Of a DNA stretch of 64,000 bases, positions 29,664 through 38,090 are shown one piece after another (within the stretch, counting starts at the first letter, position 1; each line of letters starts with the position of its first letter). The notes beneath the pieces are model-generated. The model searched no databases. It was not told where the DNA came from and saw only the letters and a list, made by a program, of their open reading frames with translations. Both the position numbers and the translations under genes were made by a program. Source of the stretch: Acinetobacter phage vB_AbaM_ME3; sequence record KU935715.1; one strand, written 5' to 3'.

Positions 29664-30440
29664 TTATTCTGCTTTAAACGTTTTTAATTTTTGTTCTTTT
29701 TGAATAGTAGGTTTAGATTCTTCTACAGGAAGAAAAATAAACTCTTCTTTATCTTTAGAAAATACATCAGGAACTTCGTCTTCTGCTACTTTCACATCAA
29801 TACCAGCCTCTTTAAGAGTACTAATAACTGATGAAAGAGAATCAGCAGCTAATTTAGCTTTAGCTTCTTCAACTTCTGCACTATCAAATACAGGATCTTC
29901 TCCAAATTGTAAAGTCTTAACTTCACCACCACAGAAGATATCTACTTTAATAACAGATTGAATTACTTCAACTAAAGGAGCAGTCTTATCGTAAGTTAAA
30001 ATAGCTTGAGCGATAAGACCACCAGAACCAACAGTATGTATAGAATCTTCTTTTGGAAGGTCTACAAATAAGTCACGAGTATATTCACTATCATATAGTC
30101 TAACAATGTCATGATTTTTAAAGATAACCATAATTTCAATAGGATCATCTACTTCTTCAATGTCTTCAACAGTAAAGTTTTCATTATGATCAATGCCAGC
30201 ATGATCAACACTGACAAACCATCTTAAAAATCTAGAAAAGTACTTAACAGACCCTGCTAGTGCATACATTGCAAACTCAGTTGGAAAATCTAAATCTTCT
30301 TTATTAAGGGAACGCTCTCCACTTACGAGATCTTCATAAACCATTCCAATTTTAACAACATGTTCATTTCCAACAGTACCACCCATTGTAGCTAACGAAT
30401 CCGCTGCTAAAACACCATTATGGTAAACACATACTGTCAT
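29664..30440 (-). CDS. HslV/proteasome-beta-like Ntn-hydrolase peptidase with acidic C-terminal extension
   Basis: 258 aa; MT-VCVYHNGVLAADSLATMGGTV (Thr2 nucleophile context), ALAGSV, TVGSGGLIAQA all align to HslV landmarks. Confidence 0.65.
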   Translation of the reverse strand: MTVCVYHNGVLAADSLATMGGTVGNEHVVKIGMVYEDLVSGERSLNKEDLDFPTEFAMYALAGSVKYFSRFLRWFVSVDHAGIDHNENFTVEDIEEVDDPIEIMVIFKNHDIVRLYDSEYTRDLFVDLPKEDSIHTVGSGGLIAQAILTYDKTAPLVEVIQSVIKVDIFCGGEVKTLQFGEDPVFDSAEVEEAKAKLAADSLSSVISTLKEAGIDVKVAEDEVPDVFSKDKEEFIFLPVEESKPTIQKEQKLKTFKAE

Positions 30441-30453
30441 ATTATATCCTTAT

Positions 30454-30909
30454 TTAGGTTCTATAATATCTATGTAATGTATCATTGACAGACACTTTTC
30501 TATATTTCCAACCAGGATTAATTGATCTTGCATGGAAGAATACAGCTCCATTTACAGTATCAATTCTTTTACCTTGTTTCTCAGATAAGTATAAAGATTC
30601 AGCTAATTCTTTAATTCTATTAAAAGTTGACTGATCTTTAACACTTAAACCTCTACAATACCAAGGGAATTGACAAGCATGTTTTCGATCTGCTATCACT
30701 CCACATACAGTTTTAGGAAAGGCTTTATGTTGTGTTCTGTTAATAATCGCATTACCGATATTAATCATTTCATTAGAATCTCCACCTCTAGCTTCAAAAT
30801 ACATTGCTTTAGCTAGACATGAGATTTGTGCATTCTCAGCTTTTGCTTTAGTAGATAACACTACAAATGCAATAGTAAGAACTAAAAATGTGATTAACTT
30901 TTTAATCAT
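30454..30909 (-). CDS. SleB-type cell wall hydrolase with signal peptide (probable endolysin)
   Basis: 151 aa; N-terminal signal; AMYFEARGG...NRTQH...CQFPW characteristic of the SleB/Hydrolase_2 family. Confidence 0.7.
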   Translation of the reverse strand: MIKKLITFLVLTIAFVVLSTKAKAENAQISCLAKAMYFEARGGDSNEMINIGNAIINRTQHKAFPKTVCGVIADRKHACQFPWYCRGLSVKDQSTFNRIKELAESLYLSEKQGKRIDTVNGAVFFHARSINPGWKYRKVSVNDTLHRYYRT

Positions 30910-31009
30910 TTGGGGTTTCCTTAATAATCTTTTTGGGGTTATTTTAGAAACTCATTTGATATAGAAGTATTTATTATTATAATTATTAATCTAACTCATA
31001 TTAAATGAA

Positions 31010-31411
31010 TTAAAGTGTAGTTACTTCTGAAGTAATATCGTCAGACTGTGAGTTGAGAGCCTCAGCATAAATATCATTAGCTTCTTCTACAGCAGCTAAA
31101 GCAGTCTTATGAGCTTCTTCTACTGCACGTTGCATTAACTCTTGAGGAATGATTTTTAATTCTTCAATTAAGATTTTACATAATGCATCAAGTACAGCAT
31201 TCGCATACATACCTTGAACATTCAATTCATCAATATCGTTTGAATTGTGATACGCTTTTATAGCAAGGTTAGCAATTAACTTCTCTTGCTCTGGGTTTCC
31301 TTTAAAAGCTGCTTCAACATCAGCAATCATCATTTCTACAGCTCGTTCATCAGCTTCTAATTTAGCTTGGATTAAGTCTTGAATTGATGATTGGTGCTTT
31401 TGTTCAGTCAT
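31010..31411 (-). CDS. hypothetical acidic protein
   Basis: 133 aa. Confidence 0.45.
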   Translation of the reverse strand: MTEQKHQSSIQDLIQAKLEADERAVEMMIADVEAAFKGNPEQEKLIANLAIKAYHNSNDIDELNVQGMYANAVLDALCKILIEELKIIPQELMQRAVEEAHKTALAAVEEANDIYAEALNSQSDDITSEVTTL

Positions 31412-31486
31412 AATATTTCCATAATAGGATATTTTATTATTGTAAATGTACGAGGAGAGATAAAACTAAACGTCTTTTCTTCTCTC

Positions 31487-31786
31487 TTAATGTATTACAA
31501 AGTAGGCACCTAAAGATATAAGCATATATCCAATAGAAGCTACTAAGAATGTAAGCCCTGAACTAGAATAATAGTATTCTTTTAGTACAGAGATTAAACA
31601 TCCAAGCAATAACGCTTGGAATAAAGTAATGTCTTTCCAAATAAAAGGAGAGATCATATATAAAAAATAGGATAAAGCAAATAATGCTAAAATAGCATAA
31701 CCAATTCGATTTGTAATAGATTTAAATCTATCGCTTAAGGATGGTTTAATTACATTTCCATCTTTATCAATGTAAATCAATTTCAT
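31487..31786 (-). CDS. small membrane protein (3 predicted TM helices), holin candidate
   Basis: 99 aa; hydrophobic segments; near the endolysin. Confidence 0.4.
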   Translation of the reverse strand: MKLIYIDKDGNVIKPSLSDRFKSITNRIGYAILALFALSYFLYMISPFIWKDITLFQALLLGCLISVLKEYYYSSSGLTFLVASIGYMLISLGAYFVIH

Positions 31787-31922
31787 TTAATACTCAATTA
31801 ATAGGAAAGTCAGACTAGGTATCGAAACCTTAGAGGTTGCCCTCTAGCCACAATTATATTTGTGTTTAGTGCCTTTACATGCAATCTGACATAATAGAAT
31901 CAAAGTTGGAGGTAAGGAAGTT

Positions 31923-32096
31923 TTAATTAGTCTTAGATAACAATGTTTCTTTGTAAATTATACTAATTTCCTTGGCACAAGATTTACAACCTTTACAAAT
32001 GTTTAGTTTATTTTTAAGTTCATTTAAAGTTTGAACTGTATTACAAGCTCTTTTAATTTCTTTATCTGTAGTTGGATTACATAAGCATACATACAT
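31923..32096 (-). CDS. Bfd-like [2Fe-2S]-binding domain protein (57 aa), not in ORF track
   Basis: Translation MYVCLCNPTTDKEIKRACNTVQTLNELKNKLNICKGCKSC...; Cys4,Cys6 + CxxC spacing matches bacterioferritin-associated ferredoxin. Confidence 0.5.
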   Translation of the reverse strand: MYVCLCNPTTDKEIKRACNTVQTLNELKNKLNICKGCKSCAKEISIIYKETLLSKTN

Positions 32097-32102
32097 AAGC
32101 AA

Positions 32103-32492
32103 TTACCAATTTAATTCAAAGCCTGATACTTTATGCTTAATAGCATAATACCAAATTGATCTAAGGGCTTCTTGACGAGCTTTTTCTACATCAGTCGTCC
32201 AATGATAATGACTATCTTCCAAATCATTAATACGTTCACAAAGATCTACAAATTTAACTGTTTCATATTTGCTATATCCAAAATCCCAAATATCTAGTTG
32301 ACACGTAACAAACAGGTGAGTTTTAAAAGATTGAGGTAACCAATTATCTGAAGGTAAATGTGGCATTAAAGTTAAAAACAATTCTTCAGTAATAATTAAA
32401 TTTTTAAGATCTATGGAGTTAACATAAGTGATTAAATCGCTTTTAGATTTATCAACCTTACTAACTAATTCTTTTACTTTTTCTAAAACCAT
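32103..32492 (-). CDS. hypothetical protein (tandem paralogue 1)
   Basis: 129 aa; shares DIWDFGYSKYETV.F.D.C.RI...GF.L.W with 32500..32901. Confidence 0.45.
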   Translation of the reverse strand: MVLEKVKELVSKVDKSKSDLITYVNSIDLKNLIITEELFLTLMPHLPSDNWLPQSFKTHLFVTCQLDIWDFGYSKYETVKFVDLCERINDLEDSHYHWTTDVEKARQEALRSIWYYAIKHKVSGFELNW

Positions 32493-32499
32493 AATAAAA

Positions 32500-32901
32500 T
32501 TACCAATCTAGTTTAAAACCTAATAATTTATTTTTTAAAGACCATTGAATAACTGTATCAACAGCTTTGTTAAGAGCATCTTCTTCATCTTTGGTTTTAA
32601 ACCAGGTACAGAGAGATTCCAAATCTTCTTCATAATCGCAATCTAAAATACGAGAACAAATATCTGTAAAATATACAGTTTCGTATTTATAATAACCAAT
32701 ATCCCAAATATCTTTTCCAATCATGTTTTCTAACAGATCTAAAAACTCATTATCTATACTTGACGCAATTGGAAATACGCTTACAATTTTCTTAAATTCT
32801 TCATACGAACAACTTTTAAATTCAGTATTTTTTATATAATCTTGTAAAGCCTTTTCAGCTTGCTTAATATCGTTATGAAGTTTTAATAATTTTTCATCCA
32901 T
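32500..32901 (-). CDS. hypothetical protein (tandem paralogue 2)
   Basis: 133 aa; paralogue of 32103..32492. Confidence 0.45.
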   Translation of the reverse strand: MDEKLLKLHNDIKQAEKALQDYIKNTEFKSCSYEEFKKIVSVFPIASSIDNEFLDLLENMIGKDIWDIGYYKYETVYFTDICSRILDCDYEEDLESLCTWFKTKDEEDALNKAVDTVIQWSLKNKLLGFKLDW

Positions 32902-34141
32902 ATTCTTTTTCTACCTCTTCTGAAAGCTCTCTAAATCGTTTATCAGCCTTTCTTGTAATAGGGTATAGAGTAAAAGCTAAATCATTAATTCCAATCACTC
33001 TAAGCTTCTCTAGGCTTGATACACGAGATAAAGCTACATATCCTTGTCCTGGTTCAAAAGCTTTAGACAAATCAATTTCTGCTGATTCTAAAGTTAATCC
33101 TTGACTCTTATTAACAGTGAGAGCCCAAGCTAGTTTTAAAGGAACTTGATGATAAGATGCAACAACATTGCCTTGATCATCTACTTTTTCCCATAACATT
33201 CTTCCAACATCAATACTCAATCCAGAAGATAGTCTAACTCTTAAACCTCCATCAAGTCTTGTAACTATTCCCAAAGTACCATTAACAAAATTACCTTGAG
33301 GATCATTCTTAGTAAATAATACTTTAGCTCCAACTTTTAATGTTAGTACAGGAGGAGATAAAACATTCTCACATAAGAATTTAACATTAGCTTCAGATCC
33401 CGATGTTATAGCTTTGTATATTCTAGCTTTCCCTTCAATAAGATTAAGTTCTCGTTCATTAATATAGTCTACACTTGCATTATGTGTATAGAGTTGAGAG
33501 GGAAGATCATCTAAATCATTGTCTACTGTATTGATAATTTTATTCTTATGTTCTTGAGTAATAGTACCTTCTCGAATAGCATTAAGAATTTCTAATAGTT
33601 CCCCATTTTCTTGTCTATAAGTAGTAGTAAGATAACAAATCTTAAATTCTGCACTTACCCAAGCACTAGACATAAAACAAAGTCTTGCATTTATATCTTC
33701 AGGACCTACGGGAGGTAGTTGATTAAAATCACCAACTACTATAATTTGTACTCCTCCAAAAGGTCTAGGATCTCTTCTTAAGGATCTTAAGATAAAATCA
33801 ACAGATGATAATTGATCTTTATGAAGCATGGAGATTTCATCAATAATAAGGACTTCCAAAGCTTTAAGCTTAGCTGTCATCCCTCTTCGTTTTCTAATAT
33901 CCATTAAATCTGCATTAGAGATTCTAGATTTAATGCCCATACCAATATAGGAATGGATAGTAGAACCTCCTACAACAGTAGCAGCAATTCCAGAAGAAGC
34001 TGTAATAGCAACATTAGTTTCTTTTTGTCTGTGATATTCTAAAAATTGACGAATAGTATGAGATTTGCCACTACCAGCTTTTCCTGTTAGAAAAACATTA
34101 GCCCCACTCTTCATTACTTTAAGTGCTGTGTCTTGGTTCAT
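32894..34141 (-). CDS. Pif1/RecD-like SF1 DNA helicase
   Basis: 415 aa; Walker A GKAGSGKS, Walker B LIIDEISM, VGDFNQLPPV. Confidence 0.7.
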   Translation of the reverse strand: MNQDTALKVMKSGANVFLTGKAGSGKSHTIRQFLEYHRQKETNVAITASSGIAATVVGGSTIHSYIGMGIKSRISNADLMDIRKRRGMTAKLKALEVLIIDEISMLHKDQLSSVDFILRSLRRDPRPFGGVQIIVVGDFNQLPPVGPEDINARLCFMSSAWVSAEFKICYLTTTYRQENGELLEILNAIREGTITQEHKNKIINTVDNDLDDLPSQLYTHNASVDYINERELNLIEGKARIYKAITSGSEANVKFLCENVLSPPVLTLKVGAKVLFTKNDPQGNFVNGTLGIVTRLDGGLRVRLSSGLSIDVGRMLWEKVDDQGNVVASYHQVPLKLAWALTVNKSQGLTLESAEIDLSKAFEPGQGYVALSRVSSLEKLRVIGINDLAFTLYPITRKADKRFRELSEEVEKEYG

Positions 34142-34382
34142 ACCTTTCCTCTAACCTTCTTTTAGATATAACATCTGCTAATTCTTCAACATATCTGAGC
34201 ATTTTTTCAGGGTCTTGAATATGTTCAAAATCTAATTGAAGCCCATCTATGCCTTGTTCGTTTCTTTTTATCGTATCTTCTAATTCGTTATAAATTTGTT
34301 CAGCTTCTTTTTTATTATTTACATTTTTAAAGAAATAACTAATAGCAACATAGATAGGAGATGTAATCATACTAATTTCCAC
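34119..34382 (-). CDS. hypothetical protein
   Basis: 87 aa. Confidence 0.4.
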   Translation of the reverse strand: MEISMITSPIYVAISYFFKNVNNKKEAEQIYNELEDTIKRNEQGIDGLQLDFEHIQDPEKMLRYVEELADVISKRRLEERYEPRHST

Positions 34383-34702
34383 ATTAGCTTATATTCATGT
34401 TCAGGAGATAAACGAGGGTCTAAGTAAGGGATACTTTGAATATTGAAATAATACTCCGATGTTTCTTTTCCAAATTCAAAAAGTACATACACTAAACGAG
34501 GAGTTTTATCAGTTAGTACAATAAGATCAGGATCAGTTTTTCTTACAATATGTTTAGAATTTCCACCAGAAGTAAAATAATAATCATCTTCTGTTTCTCT
34601 AGTAACTGGATATTCTGTAGTATTATCAAGAATACACATATGGAAAGGATTATTTAAATCAGTGTATCTTGGGCAAGAGTTTTTAAATTTTAAACGTACC
34701 AT
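34367..34702 (-). CDS. hypothetical protein
   Basis: 111 aa. Confidence 0.45.
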   Translation of the reverse strand: MVRLKFKNSCPRYTDLNNPFHMCILDNTTEYPVTRETEDDYYFTSGGNSKHIVRKTDPDLIVLTDKTPRLVYVLFEFGKETSEYYFNIQSIPYLDPRLSPEHEYKLMWKLV

Positions 34703-34986
34703 TATTTAGTCTCTTCTTGTTTGCTATAATTTTTCTCAAAAATAGCTTTAGATCTAATATAAAAAATATCATCTACTTTAACTAAATAATCCCCTTCTTC
34801 CATTAATACTTTTTGATTAGGAAGATGAATACATAATTTAGGTGTAGAGAAAGTATCAACTGCTTTACTAATATGTCCAATAACAGGACCAGCAAAATCT
34901 CGTAAAGCTATTACATGTTCTGGATCACAAATAAATTGCATAGCCAAAACTTCTTTAGGGTTTTTAATATATTTTGTAGGGGTCAT
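34702..34986 (-). CDS. hypothetical protein
   Basis: 94 aa. Confidence 0.45.
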   Translation of the reverse strand: MTPTKYIKNPKEVLAMQFICDPEHVIALRDFAGPVIGHISKAVDTFSTPKLCIHLPNQKVLMEEGDYLVKVDDIFYIRSKAIFEKNYSKQEETK

Positions 34987-35567
34987 AGTTCACAATCAAA
35001 AGAAGAACAATTCGATGTAAAATGTGGAATGCGACTCATATGATCAATATCTGTGTTTCCTTCAATGATACATCTAAGCATTGATAGAAAAACACAATGA
35101 GAGATAATGATAACTTGATCATATTTTTGACTTTGTTTAATGCTATTTAACTCTTGTTTAAATAATAAAGCTCTTTGATAAACATCATTATAAGATTCAA
35201 CTCCACCATCTTTATACCACCACAATCCAAAAGACTTCTCTCTATAGTAATGTTTATTAACTTCTGCTAATTCATCATAATTAGATGCTAATAGTCTTTC
35301 ATGCAATAAGGGTTCAATGCGAGAAGTAATATTGTAAGAATCTTTTAAAGGTTCAATAATAATGTCTCTAGTTTTAATTGTTCTTTTATAAGGACTACAT
35401 AGTACAAGAATACGATCATAAGATTTAAGACTGTAGTCTAAACAAAAATCATTAGCTTGTTCTACACCTTTAGGTGTTATATCTATTTCATGATCTGGTA
35501 CTTGACTGTATAAGTCATTATTGATATTAGCATAAGATTCAGCATGTCTAATTAACATTACTTTCAT
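34983..35567 (-). CDS. histidine phosphatase superfamily (phosphoglycerate-mutase-like) protein
   Basis: 194 aa; N-terminal MLIRHAES catalytic-His context. Confidence 0.5.
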   Translation of the reverse strand: MKVMLIRHAESYANINNDLYSQVPDHEIDITPKGVEQANDFCLDYSLKSYDRILVLCSPYKRTIKTRDIIIEPLKDSYNITSRIEPLLHERLLASNYDELAEVNKHYYREKSFGLWWYKDGGVESYNDVYQRALLFKQELNSIKQSQKYDQVIIISHCVFLSMLRCIIEGNTDIDHMSRIPHFTSNCSSFDCEL

Positions 35568-35572
35568 AAATA

Positions 35573-36286
35573 TTATTCCAAATTAGTAAACCAGATATTA
35601 TCTAACTCTGGATTAGTGTCTAGTATACACACTTCTATATTAGTTTTATTTTCAGGATAAAATAATTGATATTCAGGAATAGATAAACATTCTCTATGTA
35701 ATGTACGCAAAGAAGACTCTAACCAAGAAAAATATGGCATGATATATTTATGAGTATAAGTACGATTAGTTAATGAGAAAAGATGAGGTTTACTTCCATT
35801 ATAAGACTTTAAAAAACAACCTCTAGCTTTCATTACATTAAAGCATTCAATAGGTAATTCAATATGTGTTTCTAAATATTGAAGTTTCATTGAATCTAAA
35901 TTCGCTTCATACCATTTCCAAGTAGTTTCAATTTTCTTTCTAATAACTTTTAAACCAACTGAAGCTAAAGCTGCACACACTCTCAACATTTTATCAGAAA
36001 CATCTTCTGATTTATCAATATACGTAACCATGTATTGAGAAGGTGTACTTATATTGAAAAACTTAATTGGGGTTAACTTCACACCTAGTTTATCAAAAAA
36101 GGAAGATTCTTTAAGTAACGCTAGTCCTAGAGGATATTCTTCAATAGTTATATGAACTTCATATAGAGGTGTTAGTTCACCATTGAATGGATTTAACAAA
36201 TGCATTATCTTGACACTCTGAGTAAAGAAGATTAGCACCAGCAGCACTAAAGTGACCACCACCTTTAACACTAATTTCTTTAGCAA
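35573..36286 (-). CDS. hypothetical protein
   Basis: 237 aa; overlaps start of the DHH gene by ~110 nt, true start may be internal. Confidence 0.4.
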   Translation of the reverse strand: MLKKLVLKVVVTLVLLVLIFFTQSVKIMHLLNPFNGELTPLYEVHITIEEYPLGLALLKESSFFDKLGVKLTPIKFFNISTPSQYMVTYIDKSEDVSDKMLRVCAALASVGLKVIRKKIETTWKWYEANLDSMKLQYLETHIELPIECFNVMKARGCFLKSYNGSKPHLFSLTNRTYTHKYIMPYFSWLESSLRTLHRECLSIPEYQLFYPENKTNIEVCILDTNPELDNIWFTNLE

Positions 36287-37085
36287 TTAAAGAAACATCC
36301 ACAAGATTTAAATCTTTTCTAGAACGTAAACTGAAACCTAAAACATCTTTATAGTAATTAAAGCATACAGCAAATCCTTTTTCATATTCAGGATTCTCTA
36401 ATACTTTACTAGCTACATCAGAAGCATATTGATAAGGGGCATTGATGATAGGAACATTCTTGTAAGGACCAAAATCGATCACTCTTAAATTAGAAGAAAT
36501 AATATGATCAACTATAGACTCATGCTGTTTTAATAAATGCGTACCATGTTGACACTTCATTAAGAAATGATCTTCGTCTTCAATACTATCTTTTAGTTCA
36601 AAGAAATAAGCTTCTTTAGTTTTAGGTATTGTGCTCAGATACATAGTATAAGCTTTAGTATTAGTGAAGTTAAAATTCCAAAGATCTCTATCTTCTACAT
36701 ATCTTACACATACAGGCATTCGTCTAGAAGGGAAAAAATGATTCCAAGTTAATCCTGCCCCACTATTAGTATTTTCAAAAGATACAGTACTTTCAATAAC
36801 ACCATCTTCAATTAAATCTTTAATTCCGTTTAACTGAGAAATATGATGGTCAATTAAAAGAATTTTATTTCCTCTAGAAAGAAGACTAAGCATTTCATCA
36901 CGTTTATAACAAAAATCTAAAAAGATAATTTCACTATTTTCTACGTCTAAAACAGGATCAGTATAATTACAAGCAAGATATTTATATGTAATTGTGTTGT
37001 TATTTACAACAGTATGATACATATGAATAGCAGCAGCCATTAAACCATCCATACAATTAGCATGGTATAACACAAAATTTTTCAT
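36177..37085 (-). CDS. DHH-family phosphoesterase (DHH + DHHA1 GGGH)
   Basis: 302 aa; LLIDHHIS and KGGGHFSAAGA motifs. Confidence 0.7.
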   Translation of the reverse strand: MKNFVLYHANCMDGLMAAAIHMYHTVVNNNTITYKYLACNYTDPVLDVENSEIIFLDFCYKRDEMLSLLSRGNKILLIDHHISQLNGIKDLIEDGVIESTVSFENTNSGAGLTWNHFFPSRRMPVCVRYVEDRDLWNFNFTNTKAYTMYLSTIPKTKEAYFFELKDSIEDEDHFLMKCQHGTHLLKQHESIVDHIISSNLRVIDFGPYKNVPIINAPYQYASDVASKVLENPEYEKGFAVCFNYYKDVLGFSLRSRKDLNLVDVSLIAKEISVKGGGHFSAAGANLLYSECQDNAFVKSIQW

Positions 37086-37405
37086 TGTATATCACTATAA
37101 TAATTTAGATTTTCTTCAAGTCTATCTAAAACTTTAGTTAAGAATTCAGAACAATCTAAGTTTAAATAAAAAGTAGAACGAGACTCCAAAGAAATAGCAT
37201 TAAAGATTAAGTCATCATAAAAGATATCCTTACCTCTTAAACTTTGAAAGTATACTAAAGCTTGTTCTAAGTCTTCATCATTGTATTGGGAAGTATTTTT
37301 AAAAAAGGTATTGAATGTAGAACGGAGAATTATAGAAGAGAGATTATTTGTCTGCATTAGGATACACCTCAATAAGTAGATTTGGTTTGTAAGCTTCATC
37401 TCCAA
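37082..37405 (-). CDS. hypothetical protein
   Basis: 107 aa. Confidence 0.4.
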   Translation of the reverse strand: MEMKLTNQIYLLRCILMQTNNLSSIILRSTFNTFFKNTSQYNDEDLEQALVYFQSLRGKDIFYDDLIFNAISLESRSTFYLNLDCSEFLTKVLDRLEENLNYYSDIQ

Positions 37406-38090
37406 TTAGTTCCCTATGGTACCCATAAGCATTAGAAATAAGTTGACAATTGTCTACAGTGATATGTGTATTATAATGAGTATGAGACCAGAACCAATAA
37501 TTAAACCCATCTAGGTTTAAATCATTAGTAAAGTATCCTGAATGTTTAGGATCTTTTAAATATGCGGGGTGACTACAGAGGGGAGAAGGAGGAAAGTGTG
37601 TAACGACTACAACATTGTCTTGATGACGATATTGATTGATATAATTATATTGTTTATTAAATAAAGTAATATAATCTTCAGGAGTTATAGTTTTCCCTTC
37701 ATTAGCTATGAAACGGAAATCAGGGAATCTACGGAAGGAGTCTTTTACAACATCTACTTCCCAATCTTCTAGTACATTACTTCTAAAATTAGTAAATAAC
37801 GTACCACCAACAAATGTAACACCTTTATAAATAAAAGGCTTATCTTCTTTTAAATAATTAATACCATGATCATCTAGTCGTTTGTAAACTAAACTGATAT
37901 CTTGATACCAGAGATCATGGTTTCCAGGAATAATAAGAACTTCTTTGTCTAAACTCTTACATAAGTTAACAAATACAATTAACTCTTCCATCCCATCACT
38001 AGCATCTCCACCATGAATAATTAAATCAGCTTCAGGATTAATATGATAGTACATACAATCATGAGTATCTGACATAAATTGAATTTTCAT
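37344..38090 (-). CDS. calcineurin-like metallophosphoesterase (Ser/Thr phosphatase family)
   Basis: 248 aa; IHGGDASDG, IIPGNHDLW, VVTHFPP motifs. Confidence 0.7.
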   Translation of the reverse strand: MKIQFMSDTHDCMYYHINPEADLIIHGGDASDGMEELIVFVNLCKSLDKEVLIIPGNHDLWYQDISLVYKRLDDHGINYLKEDKPFIYKGVTFVGGTLFTNFRSNVLEDWEVDVVKDSFRRFPDFRFIANEGKTITPEDYITLFNKQYNYINQYRHQDNVVVVTHFPPSPLCSHPAYLKDPKHSGYFTNDLNLDGFNYWFWSHTHYNTHITVDNCQLISNAYGYHRELIGDEAYKPNLLIEVYPNADK

